Assembly: GCA_030601425.1 (NCBI GenBank)
Contig: JAUVTR010000001.1
Location: forward strand, 1 to 52,980
Origin: Desulfobacterales bacterium
GTDB taxonomy: Bacteria; Desulfobacterota; Desulfobacteria; Desulfobacterales; JAHEIW01
DNA length: 52,980 bases
Reading direction: 5' to 3'
Position 1 is the first letter of the stretch, and each line of letters begins with the position of its first letter. Shown here piece by piece: positions 45,749 through 52,980 of this stretch. Position numbers and translations under genes: made by a program. The notes under the pieces are model-generated. The model made no database searches. It worked only from the letters and a program-made list of their open reading frames with translations, and was not told where the DNA came from.

Positions 45749-47185
45749 ATGGCACTTGAATTACGACAACAACTCAAACTAACTCAACAGCTCATCATGA
45801 CGCCGCAGCTGCAAATGGCGATCAAATTGCTGCAGCTGTCAAGACTGGAGATGCTGGACACGATTCGCCAGGAATTGGAGGAAAATCCGGCCCTGGAAGA
45901 AGTTCAGGATCGCGGGTCGGATGAAAATCTACCGGAGCAGCCTGAAACCACAAATTCGGATACATCCCAAACCGAGGAAGTCACCATCAAAGAAAAAATT
46001 CATGATGACATTGACTGGAGTATTTATCTGGGTGAATACAATACTCCCGGCAGGGTCAGTTATGAAGCCGAAAGTAAAGATGCACCGCAATATGAGGCTT
46101 TTATCGCGCCTAAAAAATCTTTAAAGGATCATCTGTTATGGCAATTCCTGATGACCAAGCCGGCCAGGAATGAAGAGGAAATCGCCAGCCAGATTGTCGG
46201 CAACCTCAACAAAGACGGTTTTCTCGATGGTTCAGTTGAAGAAATTGCAACAATGAGCGAAAAACCGGTTGAAGAGGTTGAATACATTCTAACGAAAATG
46301 CAGACCTTTGACCCTGTCGGTGTATGTGCCAGAGATCTTAAAGAGTGCTTGATTATCCAGGCCAAGCATTTCGGTTTTGAAAATACAATTATCACCGACA
46401 TCATCAGCAATCATCTGCATGATCTGGAGAAGAAAAATTATAAGGGAATCTGCAAAGCATTAAAAACAACCCTGGACGATGTGATTGCCGCCGTCAATGT
46501 CATTAAAGCCTTCGAACCCAAACCCGGCCGACAATTCAGCGATGAAACACCGCAGTATATTAATCCGGACATTTACGTCTACAAATTGGATGACGATTTT
46601 GTGGTTATGCTCAACGATGACGGCATGCCCAAGCTTCGCGTCAACTCATTTTATAAAAATACCATCAGTCGGGGCAAGAAGATTTCGGGGGAAGCCGAAG
46701 ATTACATCCATGGTAAGATCCGATCGGCCGCCTGGCTGATTAAAAGCATCCATCAACGCCAAAAGACCATTTACAAAGTCATGAACAGTATTTTGGAATT
46801 CCAGAGGGAATTTTTCGAAAAGGGAGTGACCCATCTCAAACCAATGGTTCTTAGGGATGTTGCTCAGGATATCGGGATGCATGAATCCACCATCAGCCGG
46901 GTGACCACGAACAAATACGCTTACACTCCCCAAGGAATCTTTGAGTTAAAATACTTTTTTAATAGTTCGATTAGGCGGGCCCACGGTGGAAATATTGCTT
47001 CCGCCAGTGTTCAGGAAAAAATTAGACAGATCATTCTCAATGAAGATTCTAAAAAACCTTACAGTGACGATAAAATTTCACAACTTTTAAAAGAAGAACA
47101 TCACATTCATATCGCACGCCGAACTGTTGCGAAATATCGTGAACTGTTAAAAGTATTACCGTCAAACAAACGCAAGCAAATTTAG
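45749..47185 (+). CDS. rpoN: RNA polymerase sigma-54 factor
   Basis: Region I MALELRQQLKLTQQLIMTPQLQ and the RpoN box ARRTVAKYR. The ATG at 45749 lies 1 nt after the lptB stop. Confidence 0.95.
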   Translation: MALELRQQLKLTQQLIMTPQLQMAIKLLQLSRLEMLDTIRQELEENPALEEVQDRGSDENLPEQPETTNSDTSQTEEVTIKEKIHDDIDWSIYLGEYNTPGRVSYEAESKDAPQYEAFIAPKKSLKDHLLWQFLMTKPARNEEEIASQIVGNLNKDGFLDGSVEEIATMSEKPVEEVEYILTKMQTFDPVGVCARDLKECLIIQAKHFGFENTIITDIISNHLHDLEKKNYKGICKALKTTLDDVIAAVNVIKAFEPKPGRQFSDETPQYINPDIYVYKLDDDFVVMLNDDGMPKLRVNSFYKNTISRGKKISGEAEDYIHGKIRSAAWLIKSIHQRQKTIYKVMNSILEFQREFFEKGVTHLKPMVLRDVAQDIGMHESTISRVTTNKYAYTPQGIFELKYFFNSSIRRAHGGNIASASVQEKIRQIILNEDSKKPYSDDKISQLLKEEHHIHIARRTVAKYRELLKVLPSNKRKQI

Positions 47186-47196
47186 GGGGATTCCGT

Positions 47197-47730
47197 ATGC
47201 AGACATCGGTAACGTTTAAAAATCTTGACCCTTCCGACACGTTGAAATCCTATGTTGGAGAGAAACTTGATCGATTCGATCGTTTACTTGACAATCCAGC
47301 CGAAGCCAATGTGGTTTTATTGGTTGAGAAATTCCGCCATACTGCTGAAATTAGTATTAATGGAGACCGACTTACGATAAATGGTAAAGAAGAAACCAAT
47401 GATATGTACTCAGCGATTGATATTGTGCTGGACAAGCTTGAGAAACAAATAAAAAAGAGCAAGGATAAAATCAGGAAACGCCGAACCGGCGCCAGGGCCA
47501 AAAACAAGAACATGATGCAAACAGAGATAAACTTGCCGGACGAGGAACTCGAACGGCAAGTTAAAATCAAAAATATTGAGTATAAGCCCATGGATGTCGA
47601 GGAAGCTGTTTTACAGATGGACTTGTTAAATGATAATTTTTTAGTGTTCTCCAATGCCCGTTCTGACCAGGTCAATGTTTTGTATCGCCGCAAGGACGGC
47701 CATTATGGATTGATTCAACCCAACAGCTAA
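47197..47730 (+). CDS. hpf: Ribosome hibernation promoting factor (long HPF)
   Basis: 177 aa. S30AE N-domain plus a C-terminal dimerisation domain (KPMDVEEA...F.VF). Confidence 0.9.
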   Translation: MQTSVTFKNLDPSDTLKSYVGEKLDRFDRLLDNPAEANVVLLVEKFRHTAEISINGDRLTINGKEETNDMYSAIDIVLDKLEKQIKKSKDKIRKRRTGARAKNKNMMQTEINLPDEELERQVKIKNIEYKPMDVEEAVLQMDLLNDNFLVFSNARSDQVNVLYRRKDGHYGLIQPNS

Positions 47731-47738
47731 ATCAAATG

Positions 47739-47805
47739 CGGGTAGTGAGTTTTAATTGCCGCAATTATCGAAAGATAGTATAACTCGCTACCCGATTTTA
47801 TTTTT
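47739..47805 (+). terminator. Intrinsic terminator after hpf
   Basis: CGGGTAGTGAG / CTCGCTACCCG form an 11-bp stem including one G-T wobble. The 34-nt loop holds a small inner hairpin, and ATTTTATTTTT follows. Confidence 0.6.
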
Positions 47806-47980
47806 GATCAAATCAAAATCGAAGAAATTCCCCAGGTAAAGACGCAGAGGGCCAAAAATAAGTTTCCCTATTGATTTTAATGATTTTAGAATTACCTTTA
47901 TGCGTCTGGCGGCCTGGCATGAAAACGACCCAATAAAATTGTACGAAACTATTTAGGATTTTTATCCGCACGAGCTTAAC

Positions 47981-48439
47981 ATGAAGATTCTTGATGTCAT
48001 GCAAAAAGAAGCGATTATAGATGATCTAAAATCGCAAACCAAAAAGGGTATTCTCGAAGAAATGGTAGCGCCGTTGGCCAACATCACCGGTCGGGATCAT
48101 AAGGACCTGGTTCGGGTCTTAATGGATAGGGAACGGCTCGGAAGTACCGGTATCGGGGGGGGCATCGGAATCCCGCATGGAAAGATAAAGGATCTCGAAT
48201 CTCTTGTTCTCGGTTTTGGCCTCAGCCGCAAGGGCGTCGATTTTGAAGCGATTGACGGAGAGCCCACACATATCTTTTTTATCCTGATAACGCCTGAGAA
48301 TTCAACCGGTCTTCATCTGAAACTTTTGGCACGGATCTCCAGAATTCTTAAAAACGACCATTTCAAGGAACGACTGCAAAACGCGACTGACCGCGATGAA
48401 ATATTCGATATTATCAAAGAGGAGGATGAAGACTTTTAA
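47981..48439 (+). CDS. ptsN: PTS IIA-like nitrogen regulatory protein PtsN
   Basis: 152 aa EIIA(Fru/Ntr) fold with GIGIPHGK (phosphorylatable His). Canonical position after rpoN-hpf. Confidence 0.85.
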   Translation: MKILDVMQKEAIIDDLKSQTKKGILEEMVAPLANITGRDHKDLVRVLMDRERLGSTGIGGGIGIPHGKIKDLESLVLGFGLSRKGVDFEAIDGEPTHIFFILITPENSTGLHLKLLARISRILKNDHFKERLQNATDRDEIFDIIKEEDEDF

Positions 48440-49325
48440 TCCGAATCGTTCTAATGTGAAACAGTTAACCATCATCATTATAACCGGACTTTCGGGATCC
48501 GGGAAAAGCACCGCAATGGCAGCCTTTGAAGATTCCGGCTTTTATTGCGTTGATAATATGCCTGTCGCCCTCCTTCCGAAGTTTCTCGAATTGCCCATCG
48601 AAAGTGAAACTGAAATCGCCGGTATTGCCTTCGTGATGGATTTGCGCGAAAAGGGATTTCTTTTAACCTATGAGGGCATATTCCAATCTCTTAAGAAAAA
48701 AGGATACCATTTTGAAATCCTTTTTCTGGAAGCCGACGAAGACATTTTGGTGCAACGTTACAGCACCACAAGAAGACAACATCCACTTTCACAGGGCAAG
48801 GGACTTATAGACGGTATTACGGCTGAAAAAGAACAGTTAAGAGATCTCCGGGCGGCGGCCGGCAAAATCATTGACACATCCAATTATAATGTCCACGAAC
48901 TCAAAGCCAAGATTCTTGAATTTGCCCGCAAAAGCAAAAAACTTGTACCCATGCGGATCCAAACTGTCTCATTCGGTTTTAAATACGGTGTGCCGCATGA
49001 GGCCGATCTGATAATAGATGTCCGCTTTCTGATAAACCCGTATTTTGTTCCGGAATTGAAAGCGCTGGATGGTGAGAACCCGAAAATTAAAGATTTCATT
49101 TTAAACCCTGTTGAAACCCGAACCTTTTTGAAAAAGTATTTAGATCTCCTTGACTATTTGATCCCCATGTACGAAAAAGAAGGCAAAGCCTATTTGACCA
49201 TTGCCATCGGCTGCACCGGAGGCCGGCATCGGTCGGTGACCATCGCGCGCACCATTTTTAATCACATTCGAAAAACAAAAAAACAGGTCGAAATTATCCA
49301 TCGTGATATTGACCAATCCCAATAA
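48426..49325 (+). CDS. rapZ: RNase adapter protein RapZ
   Basis: ITGLSGSGKS P-loop and the C-terminal GCTGGRHRSV motif. The ATG at 48426 is preceded by GAGGAGG and overlaps the ptsN end. Confidence 0.92.
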   Translation: MKTFNPNRSNVKQLTIIIITGLSGSGKSTAMAAFEDSGFYCVDNMPVALLPKFLELPIESETEIAGIAFVMDLREKGFLLTYEGIFQSLKKKGYHFEILFLEADEDILVQRYSTTRRQHPLSQGKGLIDGITAEKEQLRDLRAAAGKIIDTSNYNVHELKAKILEFARKSKKLVPMRIQTVSFGFKYGVPHEADLIIDVRFLINPYFVPELKALDGENPKIKDFILNPVETRTFLKKYLDLLDYLIPMYEKEGKAYLTIAIGCTGGRHRSVTIARTIFNHIRKTKKQVEIIHRDIDQSQ

Positions 49326-49350
49326 CTTGAAGCTATCTCAAAAAAACAAA

Positions 49351-49510
49351 TGAGCTAAAGCTGAAAAGCGGAAATAATTCATTTTATTTGATACTCACGC
49401 AAAGCCGCTAAGCTCGCAAAGAATAATGATTTAAACAATTAAAAAACTCTTGGCGTCTTTGCGCCTTTGCGTGAGGCCTAAAGTATTCGTTCATTTTAGG
49501 CACTTTTTTT
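49351..49510. repeat. Nested element P: outer GCCTAAAAT-type arms, inner CGCAAAG hairpin
   Basis: The inner 49394-49422 pairs with 49447-49475 at about 24 of 29 positions. The outer right arm gttcattttaggcact (49489-49504) is the exact reverse complement of 14254-14269. A T-run at 49504-49510 follows. Confidence 0.85.
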
Positions 49511-49521
49511 AAAGGTGATTT

Positions 49522-49935
49522 ATGATCGGTATCGTTATCGTTACGCATAGTCAATTAGGTGATGCATTAATTGAAGCTGCTGAATTTATAATCGGCAAAC
49601 GCCCTGAAGCACTGGTTTCGGTTTCCATTGATTTGAATGAGAGCGCCGACATGCTGCGTAGAAAAATTGCTGACGGCATAAAAAAGGTCAAATCAAAAGA
49701 TGGTGTGCTCATCTTAACAGACATGTTTGGTGGGACACCTTCCAACTTGAGCTATTCGTTTCTTGAAGAAGGACAAATTGAGGTACTCTCCGGGGTAAAT
49801 CTTCCAATTTTGATCCAGGCAGCAAACACGCGAGCGAAAGTGGACCTCACCAAATTGGCCGTCAAATTGGAAGCATTTGGTAAAAAGAGTATCTCATTGG
49901 CAAGCGGCTTACTAAAAGGAAATAAACGGAGCTAG
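49522..49935 (+). CDS. PTS EIIA component, mannose/fructose family
   Basis: 137 aa. IGIVIVTHS (active-site His near the N-terminus) and the TDMFGGTPSN motif. Confidence 0.8.
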   Translation: MIGIVIVTHSQLGDALIEAAEFIIGKRPEALVSVSIDLNESADMLRRKIADGIKKVKSKDGVLILTDMFGGTPSNLSYSFLEEGQIEVLSGVNLPILIQAANTRAKVDLTKLAVKLEAFGKKSISLASGLLKGNKRS

Positions 49936-49965
49936 AGGGTTGAGGGAAAAGTATAGGGAGAGACT

Positions 49966-50970
49966 ATGACGGTTAAACTTGGCATTAATGGTTTTGGAAG
50001 GATCGGGCGCCTCGTCTTTAGAGCGGCCTTAAAAAATCCTGAGGTTGAAGTCGTTGCCATCAACGACCTTACAAACGCGGCCACAATGGCCCATCTGCTT
50101 AAATATGATTCAGTACATGGCACATTGGATGTCGATGTTAGCGCTCAAGATGACCGGCTGGAAGTGGATGGCAAAGCCGTTGCCATCCGATCTATTAAGG
50201 AGCCTGAGAATCTCGGGTGGAGCGAACTCGGCGTAGACGTTACCGCGGAATGCACCGGGTTGTTTCGTGATCGCGAAAGTGCCTCCAGGCATCTGGCTGC
50301 CGGAGCACGTAAAGTCATCATATCGGCTCCAGCCAGCGATCCCGATATTACAATTGTCATGGGAGTCAACTCGAATCAATATGATCCGCGACAGCATCAT
50401 ATTATTTCAAATGCCTCGTGTACAACCAATTGTCTGGCGCCGGTAGCCAAAGTACTTTTGGAAAATTTCGGCTTGAAAAACGGATTGATGACCACCATCC
50501 ATGCCTATACCGGTGATCAACGACTGTTGGACTTTCCTCACAAAGATTTGCGCCGAGCCAGAGCAGCAGCGCTTTCAATGGTACCCACCACCACGGGTGC
50601 GGCCAAAGCCGTGTCGCTGGTGCTGCCGGAATTGTCCGGCAAACTTAACGGACTTGCCGTCCGTGTCCCCATCCCCAATGTTTCGATGGTGGATTTTGTG
50701 GCCACCTTGGAAAAAACCGACATTACCGTCTCAGAAGTCAACGCAGCCTTGAAAAATGCTTCGGAAGAATCCCTGGCCGGCATTCTGGGATACAGCGAAG
50801 CGCCTCTGGTTTCGATCGACTTTAACGGATCCACACTGTCCTCAATCGTGGATGCCCCCACCACCCATGTTATCGATAATATGGTAAAGGTGCTTGCCTG
50901 GTATGATAACGAAGCCGGCTATTCACATCGAATGGTGGACCTGGCGGTCATGGTGGGAGCGGAGCTATAG
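49966..50970 (+). CDS. gap: Type I glyceraldehyde-3-phosphate dehydrogenase
   Basis: 334 aa. INGFGRIGR and the SNASCTTNCLAP catalytic motif. Confidence 0.96.
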   Translation: MTVKLGINGFGRIGRLVFRAALKNPEVEVVAINDLTNAATMAHLLKYDSVHGTLDVDVSAQDDRLEVDGKAVAIRSIKEPENLGWSELGVDVTAECTGLFRDRESASRHLAAGARKVIISAPASDPDITIVMGVNSNQYDPRQHHIISNASCTTNCLAPVAKVLLENFGLKNGLMTTIHAYTGDQRLLDFPHKDLRRARAAALSMVPTTTGAAKAVSLVLPELSGKLNGLAVRVPIPNVSMVDFVATLEKTDITVSEVNAALKNASEESLAGILGYSEAPLVSIDFNGSTLSSIVDAPTTHVIDNMVKVLAWYDNEAGYSHRMVDLAVMVGAEL

Positions 50971-50984
50971 CTCTGGTTTCAGAG

Positions 50985-51013
50985 TCCGCAGATTTCGCAG
51001 ATTTCCGCAGATA
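50985..51013. repeat. Solo CGCAGAT arm
   Basis: In tccgcagatttcgcagatttccgcagata, the first 20 nt are identical to the reverse complement of 43641-43660 in element O. It starts 15 nt after the gap stop. Confidence 0.85.
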
Positions 51014-51016
51014 ATA

Positions 51017-51302
51017 AAGCTGTTAAGCTAGTACCTGAATTTTGCACGAGTCGGAGGCTTTCATGTGCAAGGCACTTAAGGGCGAAGCCATAGTGAACTA
51101 TTGCGAGCCCTTAATAACGCAGCAGATGGAAGCCTCCGGCTCGCCCGCAGGGTGAAAAGTAATGAGATAAAATGATTTTCATCCATTATACCTGATAGGT
51201 ATTTTGGTTTACTTCGCTGGTTTGCTTAACCTGTTGTCATTAAAAATAATCTTAACTTCTCATTAATTTTCATGAAAGATCCAGGTAGTAAGCTGTTGAG
51301 CT
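51017..51302. repeat. MITE-like 286-bp block with imperfect terminal repeats
   Basis: aagctgttaagct-agtacctg (51017-51037) versus caggtagt-aagctgttgagct (51282-51302). I see no target-site duplication. Confidence 0.45.
51047..51143 (+). ncRNA. Candidate structured RNA (unknown family)
   Basis: An 18-bp closing helix 51047-51064 / 51126-51143 has 16 Watson-Crick pairs plus 2 T-G positions that pair only in the plus sense. Inner hairpins are gtgc-aag-gcac and ttaagggc(51076-83)/gcccttaa(51107-14). Confidence 0.45.
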
Positions 51303-51339
51303 GATATGCCGATAAGATGTTGGCACCTGGTTAAATGTT

Positions 51340-51467
51340 CAAATAGTCAATTAGTCAGAGGATTCAATCCGTTTTAAAACTATTTAACGATTCGACGATT
51401 TAACCAATTAACTTATCATTTTACTAATTGACTATTCGATTAATTGACCATTTAACGAATTAACGAT
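51340..51467. repeat. Hairpin element N (GTCAATTAG/TTAACGA dialect), the partner copy of M
   Basis: Centred on ggattcaatcc (51360-51370). It equals the reverse complement of element M with an internal insertion of about 44 nt. It ends 27 nt before the tpiA ATG. Confidence 0.88.
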
Positions 51468-51494
51468 GCCCCACCGGGCGAGAGGACGATAAAA

Positions 51495-52256
51495 ATGGGA
51501 AATCGCAGACCTCTGATTGCCGGTAACTGGAAAATGTACAAAACCCCGCAGGAAGCCGCTGATACTGCAAAGCAGCTGGTTGAACAGGTGCGCGAAGTCG
51601 CAGACGTCGATATCATGATTGCCCCGCCATTTACGGCTCTTGAATCGGTATCCAGGGTGATTAAAAACAGCCCGGTTGCGCTGGGCGCTCAGAATCTTTA
51701 CTGGGAAGATGAAGGCGCATATACGGGTGAGATATCGGCCCCCATGCTTAAATCAGCGGGCTGTCAATACGCCATCATCGGCCATTCCGAGCGTCGCCAG
51801 TATTTCGGCGAGACCGATAAAACCGTCAACCAAAAAATCCAGGCAGCGATCCAGATTGGCCTGAAACCGGTTTTTTGTATAGGTGAAACCGAACAAGAGC
51901 GGGAAGCGGAGCAGACGTTATCCGTACTTGACAAACAGGTTAGGAAGGGGTTAGAAAGGCTGCTTCCGGAACAACTGGATACGCTGATCATCGCTTATGA
52001 ACCCGTGTGGGCCATTGGAACCGGCAAAACCGCCACAGAGGATCAGGCCCAGGAGGTTCATCAGTTTATCCGGTCTCTGATTGAGAAAAGTTTTGGAAAT
52101 GACCTTTCCAAATCCATCAGAATATTGTATGGTGGCAGTGTTAAACCGGATAATATTTTGAATTTAATGGCAATGCCGGACATTGATGGCGCCCTTGTCG
52201 GGGGAGCGAGTCTAAGCGCCGACTCCTTTAGCCGGATTATAAAGTTTAAAGGGTAA
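51495..52256 (+). CDS. tpiA: Triose-phosphate isomerase
   Basis: 253 aa. AGNWKM, GHSERR, YEPVWAIGTG and GGASL. Confidence 0.95.
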   Translation: MGNRRPLIAGNWKMYKTPQEAADTAKQLVEQVREVADVDIMIAPPFTALESVSRVIKNSPVALGAQNLYWEDEGAYTGEISAPMLKSAGCQYAIIGHSERRQYFGETDKTVNQKIQAAIQIGLKPVFCIGETEQEREAEQTLSVLDKQVRKGLERLLPEQLDTLIIAYEPVWAIGTGKTATEDQAQEVHQFIRSLIEKSFGNDLSKSIRILYGGSVKPDNILNLMAMPDIDGALVGGASLSADSFSRIIKFKG

Positions 52257-52264
52257 GAAATATT

Positions 52265-52621
52265 ATGTCTCTAATACTGATAATCATTCATATTTTCGTA
52301 TGTATCGCCCTGATCATGATTGTATTGCTCCAAACAGGCAAAGGAGCTGATATGGGTGCGGCGTTTGGCGGGGGTTCCAGTCAAACTCTGTTTGGCAGTA
52401 CCGGGGCTTCGACATTTTTGAGCAAGGCCACCACTGCTGCCGCCATAATTTTTATGCTCACGTCCTTGAGTCTTGCATGGATGTCCGGTCATCGAACCGG
52501 AGATTCGATCATGGACAAAGCCCGGGCCCCTGTAGAACAGCCGGCTCCGGCTTCACCAGCCCAAGGTGATACTTCAACACCGGAAACACCGACTCCGGCT
52601 AAACCGGCGCAAACAGAATAA
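52265..52621 (+). CDS. secG: Preprotein translocase subunit SecG
   Basis: 118 aa. LLQ.GKGA..GAAFGGG motif, two TM segments and a Pro/Ala/Thr-rich tail. Canonical position after tpiA. Confidence 0.85.
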   Translation: MSLILIIIHIFVCIALIMIVLLQTGKGADMGAAFGGGSSQTLFGSTGASTFLSKATTAAAIIFMLTSLSLAWMSGHRTGDSIMDKARAPVEQPAPASPAQGDTSTPETPTPAKPAQTE

Positions 52622-52655
52622 GCCGTGAATGATTACGTTTCGTATTTACGCAGAT

Positions 52656-52742
52656 GCCGAAGTGGTGGAACTTGGTAGACACGCTATCTTGAGGGGGTAG
52701 TGGCCAAAAGCCGTGCCGGTTCAAGTCCGGCCTTCGGCACCA
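52656..52742 (+). tRNA. tRNA-Leu (anticodon GAG)
   Basis: 87 nt. Acceptor GCCGAAG/CTTCGGC, T-arm GCCGG-TTCAAGT-CCGGC, long variable arm, anticodon stem CTATC/GGTAG with loop TTGAGGG (GAG at 52691-52693), and an encoded CCA. Confidence 0.9.
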
Positions 52743-52935
52743 GCTAATTTAGAGGCAGCAATTGAAACGGTTGCAGCCTTATTCCTTTTCGATCCTTGTA
52801 TTTTAGAAAATATCGAACTAAGAATAGCCCGTATACATTATAATATTGCGATATTTTAGAATAGCTGTTATTTTAAATACTTGAAATCAATCAGCAGAAA
52901 GAAATCCATACTGCATATCAACGGCGAATAGATCA

Positions 52936-52980
52936 TGGAAAAAATTCTCAACATTCATATCAAGAAACTGCCGGAAGGTG
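52936..52980 (+). CDS. 5' end of an ORF running off the window (possibly a HicB-like antitoxin)
   Basis: Only 15 codons are visible (MEKILNIHIKKLPEG). The resemblance to HicB/UPF0150 N-termini rests on recollection only. Confidence 0.2.

Noticed and set aside
50971-51494. A decayed pgk pseudogene between gap and tpiA
   Set aside because: I could find no frame with PGK-like motifs, and the interval is fully accounted for by three repeat modules. This needs TBLASTN to be certain.

Overview
This 53-kb window is a core chromosomal segment. Gene content suggests an anaerobic Desulfobacterota/Deltaproteobacteria-like bacterium, but that assignment is inferred from gene content only. I can support about 46 protein genes and one tRNA.

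The genes are almost all housekeeping:
- miaB, recJ, dnaE, guaB, rpsA, cmk, hisC and a four-subunit 2-oxoacid:ferredoxin oxidoreductase.
- namZ, rnhA, plsB, a murU-amgK fusion, dapB, alaS, recA and thpR.
- An M23 peptidase, then lptC-lptA-lptB-rpoN-hpf-ptsN-rapZ-EIIA(Man).
- gap, tpiA, secG and tRNA-Leu(GAG).
- A small HDOD / hybrid-kinase / receiver signalling cluster.

I see no transposase, integrase, cas, CRISPR array or recognisable defence genes.

The unusual signal is in the non-coding DNA. About two thirds of the spacers longer than 100 bp hold long imperfect hairpin elements, roughly 20 loci in all. The arms of these hairpins are in-phase tandem arrays of short units, mostly 7 nt and in some families 8-10 nt.
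- There are several unit dialects: GTCAGAG/GACAGAG, GGTGTCA/GGTTTCA, GCCTAAAAT, ATTCAAT, CACGAAA/CACAAAG/CGCAAAG, GTCAATTAG/TTAACGA, CGCAGAT, GAGGACGAC and NNCTGGC.
- Dialects recur at distant loci in either chromosomal orientation.
- Some elements carry a conserved roughly 45-nt core. Its GA(T/C)GGAGC motif always reads in the sense of local transcription.
- Elements often start on the base after a stop codon, and they sit between cistrons of the oxidoreductase operon.
- Two whole spacers (5321-5506 and 23271-23417) keep one heptad phase across 21-26 units.

The closest described analogue I know is the heptanucleotide STRR repeats of heterocystous cyanobacteria. I do not recognise this architecture as a described element in this kind of genome, so I rank it as the main candidate for something new.

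A separate roughly 97-nt strongly structured element lies in the gap-tpiA spacer at 51047-51143. It closes with an 18-bp helix whose two wobble pairs work only in the plus sense.
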